Assembly (NCBI GenBank): GCA_010909165.1
Contig: MU008215.1
Coordinates: forward strand, 186,001-250,000
DNA from: Anthoceros angustus
Lineage: Eukaryota; Plantae; Anthocerotophyta
DNA: 64,000 nucleotides
Direction: 5' to 3'
The position numbers and the translations under genes are program-made. The first letter of the stretch is position 1. Each line of letters begins with the position of its first letter. This document shows positions 38,493-51,600 of the stretch, in pieces. Under the pieces are notes generated by a model. It worked only from the letters and a program-made list of their open reading frames with translations, was not told the origin of the DNA and made no database searches.

Positions 38493-41400
38493 TCACGGTC
38501 GACCTTTACAACTGCAAGTACCACCTGCGAATCGATGCACACGGTACCCATCTCTCACAACAATGTCTCTCTGTTCGAGCCTTGACATGATCTCCGTGGA
38601 ACTGTGACAGTCACTGCACATGCGTAGATTCTTTGTTACCACCAGAGGTGTCCCTCTGGGAGTGTTCAAGAGACCAAACGCCAGGGCTAGCTTCTCAGCA
38701 TGCCCACAAAGCGCATTTTCCTTTTCCTTCTCAGACACTGGCTTCAACACTAACTTTGTGTGAGGTACGTGGCCTCCTTCCTGCTTCAGACGTGCATTCG
38801 TGCTCTTGACCTTCAACGCAATATCCTCTCTTCTTTCTCCCACCGCAAATGTATGTACCTGCTTCATCACCTCAATGGTCGCCACTGCAGGTTTCTTGTT
38901 AGCTCCTGCTGCCATTCTCTGGGTTTCAACCCTGTCTACATCCGCCCACCTCCCTGCATCTGCGTAGGCATTGGCCATGAGCACATACGCAGGCGCCCAT
39001 TGAGGGTCCAGCCCAACAATGCTTTCGAAACACCGGATAGCCCTCACAATATCCCCGTGACTTTTGCAAGCATTCAACAAAGACGTCAAGCCTACCACAT
39101 CCCTTTGGCCCTTACATGACAATAGCATCTTCTCTGCCTCATCTAAATGGCCTGCACGTCCAAGAAGATCAATGCAATAATGTAATAGTAGGTAGATGCT
39201 GATGCCATGTTCAGCCATGGAATCAAAGTGCTTGCGACCTCATCCACCAGTCCCTCATGACTGCATGCTACTAGAAGGCAGGTAAAAGTAGCATCATTAG
39301 GCTGAACACCAGCTAACATCTCCTCAAAACAAGCTAGTGCCTTGTGACCATCATCACAAGCACCATACCCAGATATCAGGGCATTCCATGTCACCACATC
39401 CTTTGTGCCAAGCTGTCAAAAACCGGCGTGCAGCTTCACCACATTTTGCATACATGTCCACCAGGCAGTTGCCCAACACTACGTTATCCAGCAGTCCTCT
39501 TTCAACAATCTGTGAGTGCAGCTGCCTGCCCTTCTGTAAGGCACCAGTGCTTGCACAGGCCTTCAGAAGGCAAGCAAAAGTAACATGGTCAGCCAAACCA
39601 GGCCCTCCTGCTCCATTGCTCCTTGCTCAACCCAGCAATCACATTCCATGTCACCACAGTGCCCATGTGCTGTGCATACACCAGCTACCCAGATATCAGG
39701 GCATCCATGTCACCACATCCTTTGTTCATGCTGTCAAAAACCTGGCGTGCATCTTCCAGTTCACCACATTTTGCATACATGTCCACCAGGCAGTCAACAC
39801 TACGTCATCCAGCAGTCCTCTTGACAATCTGTGAGTGCAGCTGCCTGCCCTTCTGTAAGGCACCAGTGCTTGCACAGGCCTTCAGAAGGCAAGCAAAAGT
39901 AACATGGTCAGCCAAAATGAGGCCCTCCTCCATTTGTCCATAACAACAAGCGCCTCTTGGCGTCCTTGCTGTGCATACCCAGCAATCAGGGCAGTCCATG
40001 TCACCACATTCTTGTGGCCAAGCTGTCAAAAACCTGGCATCTTCCAGTTCACCACATTTTGCATACATGTCCACCAGGCAGGTGCCCACCACTACGTTAT
40101 CCAGCAGTCCTCTTCGACAATCAGTGAGTGCAGCTGCCTGCCCTTCTGTAAGGCACCAGTGCTTGCACAGGCCTTCAGAAGGCAAGCAATAACATGGTAG
40201 CCAAAAGGCCCTTGCTCCATTTGTCCATACACAACAAGCGCCTCATGTCCGAGTCCTTGCTGTGCATACCCAGATATCAGGGCATTCCATGTCACCACAT
40301 CCTTTGTGGCCATGCTGTCAAAACCTGGCGTGCATCTTCAATTCACCACATTTTGCATACATGTCCACCAGGCCCCCAACACTACGTCATCCAGCAGTCC
40401 TCTTCGACAATCTGTGAGTGCAGTTGCCTGCCCTTCTGTAAGGCACCAGTGCTTGCACAGGCCTTCAGAAGGCAAAAAAGTAACATGGTCAGCCAAAATC
40501 AGGCCCTCCTGCTCCATTTGTCCATACACAACAAGTGCCATGTCAGCCCTTGCTGCATCCAGCAAGGGCATGTCACCACATCCTTTGCCCAAACCTGTGC
40601 ATGTTCACACATTTTGCATACCCAGCAATCAGGGCATTCCATGTCACCACATCCTTTGTGGCTGCTGTCAAAAACCTGGCGTGCATCTTCAGTTCCACAT
40701 TTTGCATACATGTCCACCAGGCAGTGCCCACCACTACGTTATCCAGCAGTCCTCTTCACAATCAGTGAGTGCAGCTGCCTGCCCTTCTGCAAGGCACCAG
40801 TGCTTGCACAGGCCTTCAGAAGGCAAGTAACATGGTTAGCCAAAATCAGCCCTCCTGCTCCATTTGTCCATACAAACAAGCCTCTTGGCCGAGCCTTGCT
40901 GTGCATACCCAGATATCAGGGCATTCCATGTCACCACATCCTTTGTGGCCATGCTGTCAAAAACCTGGCGTGCATCTTCAGTTCGCCACATTTTGCATAC
41001 ATGTCCACCAGGCAGTTGCCAACAAACAAGTTAGTAGGAATGTGCAACACATCAGTGCACTTTTCTGCCAGATTCCAAGTGGCAAATGCACAAGCTTGAA
41101 GGGCAGCTACAAAGACGTGAGCATCCGCCTTCACTCCTGACCTACACATGACATTGTATAGTCGTATGGCCTCCTTGGGTTTCCCATGCTTGGCGTATGC
41201 AGAGATTATGGAAAACCAGACGAAGGCATCTGGTTTGCGCACCCTGGTGAACACATCCATGGCCTCCTGCAGCCTACCTCCACGTGCATACATGCGCAAG
41301 ATTTGGTTCCCCATGTGTGCATTGGACTCGTACCCAAGTTTGACAGTGAGATCATGAACTCGTCGCCCACAACCAAATCCTTCTTAGCTGTACACAGTTT

Positions 41401-41987
41401 CAGCACAGTGTAAAACAGAGACTGAGATGCAGAGTCTGTCTGCGCCAGAGATTCCAGGGCTCCAACGGCCTCAGAAAGCTTCCTGCTGACATAACGTGCT
41501 CACGGTTACAGCAACGACGCCCATTTCCCTGCACGCCTGCCAGGTTCAGGCTTATCCGGAGAGCTGGACTTGGAAGGAGAGGCACCATTACCCATCTGCA
41601 TATCCAAGGAAACGAGCTGCTCATCAACCCAAGCTGGCTTGAACATGTTGTTTAACCACAGGACCGCCGGACCCCGCCGGAAGTCAGGCGAACGGGAGCT
41701 CTTCTTATCTCGTCTGTTGTCCCACCACATGGTAGGGTCCAGAAAAATTGCCACAAGTGCTCCTGCTCCAGGCAACGAGCATCGCTAGAAAAGCCGTCCC
41801 CACCACATTTTGTCGGAAGTGGAAGTGCTGGGCTCCTTTCGCAGCTGCACTTGGAGGCTCTGTTTGCCAGGGGTTGACTCCCTACGACGAGGTGAGCGGG
41901 AGCTCCTGAAAGAATCCCTGTGTATGTACACACACCAATTGCAATGTGTTGGGTCGACAACGAGTCCGGTTGCCATACTGTGGCCAT
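38493..41987 (-). CDS. PPR gene 2: one PDF motif + long PLS array (five ASTGALQKG-type triplets) + E1/E2 + DYW:KP (GRP); many indels in the array
   Basis: Start MATVWQPDS (41987); PDF at ~41598-41770; L-motif marker AGGCACCAGTGCTTGCACAGG at ~39540, 39859, 40151, 40441 and 40792; C-terminal ORF 38493-39218 has KKPAVATIEV, HAEK, CSDC and CSCKGRP. Confidence 0.8.
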
Positions 41988-42534
41988 CGTTCAGGGACCG
42001 CTGCCTGAGGATGAGTCTCACAAGAGACCATGGCAGGATGGCATAGTCAGATTGTGATGGATTACGCCCAGGACAGGGCTGCCCTGTCCCAGGACGGAAC
42101 AATTTGCTTGCAGGCTGGTGAAGATTTGTGGAAGGTACAGGGGCAACGAGGATACTGGAGACCAAAGAGGTGGTGGTAGACCTATCCTATCCGACTTGGG
42201 AAGAAAGTTACATATGGAAGAGAAGGTGAACGATCATGGCGGCTATGTTGTCCGCTGCCCATGGTGTTTTGACAAATTTCTATTAGATGTCATAGCCGCC
42301 GCCAAGGTGGAATGGCAGCTTGCTAGCCACTTTGATGCTGTTTGCGGTGGCCGTGTGGAGGAGACGAAATTGAGAGTGCAGAATTTGTTCAGACTTGGGC
42401 TGTTTGGGCGCAGCGCAGAGAAGTTAGAAGATGTAGAGCGGAAGGGGAAGGGCTGGGGAAGGGGGTCGTATCAATCTAAAAGACACGCTGGCTATTTTCA
42501 ATGCAGAGTCGACTCGTGCTACCTGTTTGCGGCT

Positions 42535-45500
42535 ATGCATGTTCTTAGGCGCCTGGCCTGGACTGGCCAGAGGGTGGTTGCGGCCGTGTCCTTCGCCGCG
42601 ACGGCCCTCTGGCCAGGGATGAACTGGCTCAGCGCTGGATCCGTCATAGCTTCCCGACTGGCTGTGCCCTTCACGGCTGGAGCTTGCTCATCCCGCCGTG
42701 ACACATACACATACTCAGGGATTCTACTAGGAGCTCCCGCTCACCTCATCTTAGGAAGTCAACCCCTGGCAAACAAAGCCTCCAGGTGCAGCAGTGTGAG
42801 CCCAGCATTCACTTCCAGATGTGTGGGTAGGGACGGCTTCTCTAGCGATGCTGGCCGTTGCCAGGAGCTAAAGCAGAAGCAGAAGCAGAAGCACTTGTGG
42901 CAACAATTTTGTCTGGACCCTACCCTGTGGTGGGACAACAGACGAGATAAGAAGAGCTCCCGTTGCCCTGACCTCCGGCATAAGGGGTCCGGCGAGGGGC
43001 TGTGGTTAAACAACATGTTTAAGTAAGCTTGGGTTGATGAGAAGCTCGTTTCCTTGGATACGCACAGGAGTCACGGCGCCTTTCCTTCCGACTCCAGCTC
43101 TCGAGATAATCCTGAACCTGGGAGTCGTGCAGAATCGGGCCCAGGTGCAAGCAGTGACTTCCCAGCACATCCGAGAAAATGGTGGGGACGGATTTAACGA
43201 TGATCGTCGCCAGGAGCAGGAGCACTTGTGGCAATTTTTCTGGACCTACCCTGTGGTGGGACAACAGACGACAAGAAGAGCTCCCGTTCGCCTGACTTCC
43301 GGCGTAAGGGGTCCGGTGAGGTCCAGTGGTTACACAACATGTTCAAGCCAGCTTGGGTTGATGAGAAGCTCGTTTCCTTGGATACGCACAGGAGTCACGG
43401 CGCCTTTCCTTCCGACTCCAGCTCTCGAGATAATCCTGAACCTGGGAGTCGTGCAGAATCGGGCTTCAGGTGCAGCAGTGTAAGGAGCCCAGCACATCCC
43501 AGAAAATGTCTGGCTGGGGACGGGATTTCCACCCATGCTCGTCGCCAGGAGCAGGAGCACTTGTGGCAACAATTTTTTCTGGAGCCTACCATGTGGTGGG
43601 ACAACAGACGAAGTAAGAAGAGCTCCAGTTCGCCTGACTTCCGGCGTAAGGGGTCCGGTGAGGTCCAGTGGTTACACAACATGTTCAAGCCGGTTTGGGT
43701 TGATGAGCAGCTCATGTCCATGGATATGCAGATGGGACATGGTGCCTCCTTCCAGTCCAGCTCCGGATAAGCCTGAACCTGGGAGGCGTGCAGGATCGGA
43801 AATGGGCGTCGTGCTAACCGTGAGCACGTTATGTCAGCAGGGAAGCTTTCTGAGGCCGTTGGAGCCCTGGAATCTCTGGCGCACATGGACTCAGCTATTG
43901 ATCTGTCCCTGGTTTGCACTGTGCTGAAACTGTGTACAGCTAAGAAGGATTTGGCTGTGGGGCGACGGGTTCATGATCTCACTGTCAAACTTGGGTACGA
44001 GTCGAATGCACGAACCATATCTTGCGCATGTATGCTTGTGGGGGCAGCCTAGAGGAGGCCATGGATGTGCTCACCAGGGTGGGGAAACCAGATGCCTTCA
44101 TGTGGTCTTCCATAATCTCTGCACACGCAAAGCATGGGAAACCCAATGAGGCAGTACAATTGTACCATGAGATGCGTAGGTCAGGAGTGAAGGCGGATGC
44201 TCACGTCTTTGTAGCTGCCCTTCAAGCTTGTGCATTGGCTGCCGACTTGGAATCTGGCAGAACAGTGCACCGTGATGTGTTGCACGGTGGCATTCCGACT
44301 GACTTATTTGTTGACAACTGCCTGGTGGACATGTATGCAAAATGTGGCAAAATGAAAGACGCACGCCAGGTTTTTGACAGCATGGCCACAAAGGATGTGG
44401 TCACATGGAATGCCCTCATATCTGGGTATGCAAAATGTGGTGAACTGGAAGATGCACACCAGGTTTTTGACAGCATGAACACAAAGGATGTGGTGACGTG
44501 GAATGCCCTGATAGCTGGTATGCAGCAAGGACTCGCCAGAGGCGCTTGTTGTGTGTATGGACAAATGGAGCAGGAGGGCCAGATTTTGGCTGACCGTGCT
44601 ACTTTTGGTTGCCTTCTGAAGGCCTGTGCAAGCACTGGAGCTTTACAAAAGGGCAGGCAGCTGCACTCACAGATTGTCGAAAGAGGACTGCTGGATGACG
44701 TGGTTGTGGGCACCTGCCTTGTGGACATGTATGCAAAATGTGGTGAACTGGAAGATGCACGCCAGGTTTTTGACAGCATGACACAAAGAATGTGGTGACA
44801 TGGAATGCCCTGATAGCTGGTATGCACAGCAAGGACTCGTACCAGAGGCGCTTGTTGTGTATGGACGAATGGAGCAGGAGGGCCAGATTTTGGCTGACCG
44901 TGCTACTTTTGGTTGCCTTCTGAAGGCCTGTGCAAGCACTGGAGCTTTACAAAAGGGCAGGCAGCTGCACTCACAGATTGTCGAAAGAGGACTGCTGGAT
45001 GACGTGGTTGTGGGCACCTGCCTTGTGGACATGTATGCAAAATGTGGTGAACTGGAAGATGCACGCCAGGTTTTTGACAGCATGGCCACAAAGGATGTGG
45101 TCACATGGAATGCCCTTATCTGGGTATGCAAAATGTGGTGAACTGGAAGATGCACACCAGGTTTTTGACAGCATGAACACAAAGGATGTGGTGACGTGGA
45201 ATGCCCTGATAGCTGGATATGCACAGCAAGGACTCGTACCAGAGGCGCTTGTTGTGTATGGACGAATGGAGCAGGAGGGCCAGATTTTGGCTGACCGTGC
45301 TACTTTTGGTTGCCTTCTGAAGGCCTGTGCAAGCACTGGAGCTTTACAAAAGGGCAGGCAGCTGCACTCACAGATTGTCGAAAGAGAACTGCTGGATGAC
45401 GTGTGGTGGGCACCTGCCTGGTGGACATGTATGCAAAATGTGGTGAACTGGAAGATGCACGCCAGGTTTTTGACATGACACAAAGAATGTGGTGACATGG

Positions 45501-46397
45501 ACGCCCTGATATCTGGTTATGGTACTTGTGATGAAGGTCTCAAGGCACTAGCTTGTTTTGAGGAGATGTTAGTTGCGGTATTCAGCCTGATGCTACTTTA
45601 CTTGCCTTCTAGTAGCATGCAGTCATGCAGGACTAGTCCAGGAGGGTCGCAAGCACTTCGATTCCATATCTGAACAGCATGGCATCAAACCTACTATTGA
45701 GCATTACACCTGCATGATTGATCTTCTTGGGCTTGCGGGCCATTTAGATGAGGCAGAGAAGATGCTATTATCATATGAGGGCAAAAGTCATGTTGTGGGC
45801 TTGATGACTTTGTTGAATGCCTGCAAAAGTCACGGGGATACAGAGAGAGCGGTGTGGTGTTTTGAAAGCTTTGTTAGGCTGGAACCCCTGCAGGCGCCCG
45901 CCCATGTGCTCATGGCCAATGCCTATGCAGATGCAGGTCGTTGGACCGATGTAGACAGGATTGAAACACTGAGAATGGTAGCAGGAGCTAACAAGAAACC
46001 GGCAGAGGGGACCATCGAGGTGAATAAGGAGGTACACAGATTTCTGGTGGGAGAAAGAAGAGAAGATATTGCATTTAAGGTGGAGAGCACGAATGCACGT
46101 CTGAAGCAGGAAGGAGGCCATGTACCTCACACAAAGTTGGTGTTGAAGCCACTGTGTGAGAAGGAAAAGGAAGATGTGTTCTGTGGGCATGTTGAGAAAC
46201 TAGCTCTGGCATTTGGTCTCTTGAACACTCCGAGTGGGACACCTCTGGTGGTGACGAAGAATCTACGCATGTGCAGTGACTGCCACAGTTCCACAGAGAT
46301 CATGTCAAGGCTTGAAAAGAGAGACATTGTTGTAAGGGATGGGTACCGTTTGCATCGATTCGCAAATGGCTGTTGCAGTTGTAAGGGTCGGCCTTGA
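42535..46397 (+). CDS. PPR gene 3: transit-peptide-like N-terminus + three PDF motifs + PLS array + E1/E2 + DYW:KP (GRP, HVE variant); in-frame TAA in PDF1, possibly a pseudogene
   Basis: MHVLRRLAWTGQRVVAAVSF at 42535; PDFs at ~42890-43060, 43210-43385 and 43545-43725; PPR array 43810-45750; DYW ORF 45714-46397 ends CSCKGRP; TAA at 43024-43026. Confidence 0.8.
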
Positions 46398-47269
46398 GAA
46401 CAAGTTTTCAAGTGTGTACGCCAGAGAATACTGCCTTCGTCTTGGGGGGATGAATGGGCTTTATTAACTCCATGCCTTTCCGAACTGGGACGGAGACATT
46501 CCGGTAGATCGCTAGCACTGACCCACCTCTCGTCGTGACAGAAAAGAATAGAATCGTATGAATCTCTTGTGTAATATTCCGCTAGCTAATTGATCAATTA
46601 ATTTTTTTATCCAGGAAAAGTAACCTTTTCTTGGGGGGTCTAAACTAAGCGACTGAGCATTAGGTACTTAACATACCAGTCTCCGGCGGAAATTTGGAAA
46701 CCACAATTTTACTTTAAGCTTGGATGGCCTCCCGCCAAAATAGGCTTCTTGGGCAGCAACAAATAGTACCTCAGGGCAATTGAGCATTTCTATGGCAAAC
46801 AACCCCGACAAATCGTCACCAGCTTGCAGGAGTCCGATTCCCTTGGGAGAGTCTCTGAAGTGGAGACTTATGCAAGGGCTAAGGCGGCATTGTTTGCTTT
46901 GCTGACTATGGATCAGCAGGGCAGCGGGCACCCCAGAATTTTGTGCATGAGCCACGTGAAAACTTGACTCACCGAGAGCCACAAAATCTGCACCACATTC
47001 CAGCTAAAGTGGTCTAAAGTTCTGAAGGTGCCGATTCTCTAATTCAATTGCAATGAGTCAACGTGATTACATCCATATCTCTCTACTCTAATCTTCTACT
47101 AACACATCTTGAAGTTCGAAAAGATTTAAGAAATAATTTGGTGGTGCTGTTGCTGGTATTCCATCAAGACGATCTTCATACACAACCTGAGCATGAAGTG
47201 CTGTATGGTAGAATAGGATGTCAGGTCTATCAAAGGTACCCCATTTGCAAATCCTACTCTAGAGCATAC

Positions 47270-47510
47270 TGATGAAAATCACGCCTTGCTCTTAGCAAAA
47301 GATGTTTTCATTGCTTATGAAATTGAAAGTACAAAGCCTTTATATAGGCTGGGTGGTTACAACCATAAGGTGGTTGTAACCATAAGTAGTTCTAACCTCT
47401 AAGTGGTTGTAACAACTACTTAATAAACTACCTAAAGCCCTAAGAACTAAATTAATTAATAGCCTTAGGTGCCCTAGTGAAGAGTGCCCTAAATAGGTCA
47501 TATTTCATCA
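47270..47510 (-). repeat. Copia 3' LTR
   Basis: Near-identical to 53632-53874; 8-bp inverted termini. Confidence 0.9.
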
Positions 47511-47826
47511 CTCCCTCACTATGAACTAGGTGTGAAGAATCGCTTCAAAATGAGACTAAAAGGTTTAGCTCCCACTAGATTGAAAGTTATCGCTAACTAA
47601 GAAAACAATTAAAACTGGCTTAAGTTACATTTAATCTGTATTAATTTAATTAAAAAGAATTGCCAAAAACTTAATCAGAAATGGTAAAACTAAGTAAGGT
47701 AAAATAATAACAAGGTTAAATATAACTTTGGGTAAAAGGTTGAGAACATTTAATGATAACCTCATGGGTCATGTGGATGCCGGTTTGTATGCCATGGGGA
47801 GGACATACGATTTATACCTCATACGT

Positions 47827-48693
47827 TTATTTTGCTCCCGCTCCCGCCGGCGCTCCGCTCCTCCGCTCATGCAACGGAAGCGCCTTGCGCGGCCCAGGGT
47901 GGGAAAGGCGCGCCGTGGTGGGCGGCCGGGTCGCGCCTCCGTGGCCCCATGTGCGGCTGCGGTCGGGCGCCGGTCGCAAGGTGGTGGATGCCCGGTGCAC
48001 TGCGTGGAAAAGAAAAAAAGGGGCGCCCACAGGAGGACCATGCCTCGAGGAGCGCCCCTCACCGGCGCCACGATGCTCCTCTGCATCTTGGATTCCAACC
48101 TTTGTGGAGGCCCACCATTTCGGTGGATGAAGTGGTGTGGCTCGTGTCGAGGTTGAAGTCACCTGGGAGAGGTGGAATTTGTCTCGCAGTCGAAGATCGC
48201 CAATTGATGTGTGAGTCTTTATATGCGGAAGTCTCACCAAGGAGATTGGAGAAGATGATGCCTGTCTTGTCTCAATTTCTTGAAGGTGCCTTGCTAATCC
48301 AATGCTCTGCATGTCCACAGTTGTGCGGATGAGAGATCGTCGATGGAGATTCCGCACTGTGGAGAAGAAATCGTGAGGTTGAAGATCGAGATTGTTCTCG
48401 TCTGAGTGCCTCGATTCTTCATGAAGAGTCTTCATGGAAAAGCTTTGTTCATGTGATGAGGAGATCTCAAGTAAGATACTCGTGTGGGGTTGTGTGTAGC
48501 ATGATAGAATGTGGCATGTAGCTGCATGAAGGGAGGCACTTGGGCAGGATGCCCTGTCATGAGGAGGCACATTTTGTGGGCATATTTTAATGACCAGAAA
48601 TTTTAATTGAGTAAATTGATTTTGCAGATTTATGTATGGAAAATGGGAAAAAGGAATGAAATGGAAAATGAGAAAATGAAAAAAAGGTGACAT
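47827..48693 (-). CDS. Possible extra ORF (288 aa) between Copia pol and the 3' LTR
   Basis: Uninterrupted ORF in the same orientation as pol, at the position of env-like ORFs in SIRE elements; no recognisable domain. Confidence 0.3.
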   Translation of the reverse strand: MSPFFHFLIFHFIPFSHFPYINLQNQFTQLKFLVIKICPQNVPPHDRASCPSASLHAATCHILSCYTQPHTSILLEISSSHEQSFSMKTLHEESRHSDENNLDLQPHDFFSTVRNLHRRSLIRTTVDMQSIGLARHLQEIETRQASSSPISLVRLPHIKTHTSIGDLRLRDKFHLSQVTSTSTRATPLHPPKWWASTKVGIQDAEEHRGAGEGRSSRHGPPVGAPFFLFHAVHRASTTLRPAPDRSRTWGHGGATRPPTTARLSHPGPRKALPLHERRSGAPAGAGAK

Positions 48694-51600
48694 GCTTTTA
48701 TAAAACTAAAAGTTCTAACTTATTTTCTCTTGCTAAAACTTGCCCATTTTTAGGTTTTTTTTAAGAAAACATAGGATAGGAAACATAGGTTAAGAGCGGC
48801 AGAATTTCCCAAGGGTGATGATAAAGCTCATCTATATAATCACTAATATGAAAGGGGAATTTGGGCGGACTTACCACCTTGTTACATATGCAAACGAATC
48901 TTCATGTTGAGGTAATATCGTGTGAGAATTTCCGGCATATGATCCATGTGTCGTGAGTATTCTTGAGGCTAAAATGGGTAAAAGTTTTAATTAGCAAAAT
49001 ATTATTTAATATTTTAATATTATTTTCGAATGTGATTGAATGAATGGAAGACTTGGATTACATGGGCGAGGAAGATGTTTGACTTAGAATAGGTGATAGG
49101 TTGAACTCTATTTAGGAGAGTTTGTGTGTGTCCAATATACCTAAACATTTCATGTGTTTCCTATGAGTTCAATTCCTAATGACTTTGTTAATAAATCATC
49201 AATTCTAAAGTTTGAACATAACTAATATCTATAGTTTTATCCTCTAATTTTTCTCTAATGTAATGATATTCGACATATGTTTTTGTTCTAGAGTGGAAGA
49301 CAAGGTTCCTTGACAAGGCTATAGCTCACGACTATCACTCAACAAGAGTAGGCTTTGCTTGTGATGAAGTTCACTCAAAACTAGCCTAGTCCATACTATG
49401 TCTTTTGCCGAGGTTAGTACTCTATACACTCGATTGACAAGGCTATGGTTGGTTGTTTCTTACTTGACCGGGATATTGGTGCTCCTCCCAATAGCGACAC
49501 GATACGGATCTGCGTGTGTCGGTCATGATAGTCGGCGTCGGCATAAGGTCAAGGTTAATGTTTATGTGGTGTATGCTGTCTGTGTAATAGTACCCTTTAA
49601 GGTACGAATATGCGCTTAGGACATCCAATGCTCACGTCCGGTTCTCGAATTGTGAGCGAGCTCTTCAAAGATATATCGGTCGTAAAATTGGATAAATATA
49701 TAAGTGCCAGGGCATGTCGATATGGACATTTCTATTTTCTTGTCTTTGGGACTCATATCCATGAGGTAAGCCTAACACCACTTGCAAAGGTGTAGGTGCG
49801 AGGCTTAGCATCCTCAAGTCAAATTTAACTAAACTCTTTATGTACTTGGTTTGAACAATCTCAGTCTTGTTTGCTCGATCTCTAATAATTAACACCAAGT
49901 GCATATGTCATTTCTCCTAAATCGGACATCTCAAAAGTCTTGAGCCATGCTTTTGATCTCGGCTAGGAGAAGAGAGTTTGTTGCCATAAAACATCATCAA
50001 CATAAATAAGATAAAATATTGCGGATATTAGGATATACAATGCATCAGCTTTGCTTAAATCCTCTTTACATATGTATATTCCAATTTTACGCTTGTGGCC
50101 ATACAACCTTTGATGAGTCGGCATACCCAATCTTCTTGCCTTTAACTTCATAACCTCGGGTTGTCTCATGTATATTTCTTCTTGAAGGCGCCCATAAATA
50201 TCTTGTCTTAACATCCATCATGGAGCTCAAGATCATGTGAATAAGGCAAATATCATTCAAGTAGCAAATTTGCTCTTTGGGCATAAGTGGCCCAAGGTAA
50301 TCTAAACCCGTTTGTGTAAAGCCTCACTAGGCGTGCTTTATATCTCAATGGAACCATCTCCTTTTCTCTTAATTTTGAATACCCATTTGCTGGTTGACTA
50401 TCTTCCTACCCTTAGGTGGCTTAACCAATTCCATGTAGAGTTACTAATGAGAGAATTATATTCGAATCTCTGACTACCTTCCATAAGTCTTTTTCGGAGA
50501 AGAAAGCTTGTTTTAAGGTAAGAGGTTCTTACGGATCTATAGTTGCCTTGTATGACTTGTGAGTGATATAGGGGAATAGGATCATCAAAAAAAGGTATCC
50601 TAAAGGAGGTTCCTTCCAACTCAGGACCGAGATAGTAGGTCGGGATCTGAGGTTGTACCTTTGTGCAGTTGCATCTTCCACAGGCGGGACATCATAGGAT
50701 CTTGCTCCATGTCATCCTCGAGGGTCATCAAACTCATCATCTTGAGAGTGTCTGGCTCCTCTGTGGGGATGTCCATATCAGGTATTGGTTGTGGAATAGA
50801 TGCTAACTCCTCCTCCTCCTGCATAATGGGTTCAACAACAGGAACACAAGAAGTGAATCGGAAAATAGGTGATGAAGTCATCTTCACCAAAGAAGGAAGA
50901 GTCAATGGTCTCATCAAGAGGAGGAACTATCGGCTCCCCTGTGGGGAAAAGAGGTAAGACTCATGAAAAGTAACACTCCATAAAGTTGCCTTGTAGAAGG
51001 GTTGAAATAATTTGTACCTTTGATGCCTTGGTGTAGCCAATAAAAGATACTTGGCTGGATCTAACTTGATGCTTTGGGAATAAGACATATGCGAGATCCA
51101 AAAATTCGAAGGTGGATCAATAGAAGGCTCTTGCCAATGAATGCTTCATATGGAGTCACCTTGACTGAAGATGTGAGATTCATGAGATAGGTTCGGAGGG
51201 CCTCAATAAGCTTTGATAACTTAGCTTGTTGTAATAAGCAACTGATCTCTTGGAGGCGTAGATTCTTGTTCTCGCTCGCCATTTTGTTGAGGAGTGTATA
51301 CAAGCGAGTTGTTGAGCTATACCTTGATCGACAAAATCAAAATTAGATGTAAACTCTCCACCATTGTCGGAAAAGGTCTTGAGTTTGTGATCGTAAGTCT
51401 CTCGCCCATGCCATGTAATCCTTGAAAAGTGAAAGCATCACTCTTGTTTTGAGGATGTAGGAGGACAAAAGAATCATCATGAAGGTCAAAAATATCTACT
51501 ACCACTAAAGGAGGGTGTAGAGAGGGTCCACAAATGTCTGTGTACTATCTCTAAAGGTGACTTGGCCCTTTGTGGAGATGGATTTTGAAAGGCTCTTGAT

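Noticed and set aside
42118-42534. N-terminal extension of gene 3 from the TTG/CTG-type ORF start at 42118
   Set aside because: No similarity to the paralogs and it overlaps the probable promoter of gene 2; the ATG at 42535 gives a presequence-like start.
39300-45500. CRISPR-like repeat-spacer array
   Set aside because: The repeats are ~100/300-bp protein-coding PPR motifs without unique spacers, there are no cas genes, and the context is eukaryotic.
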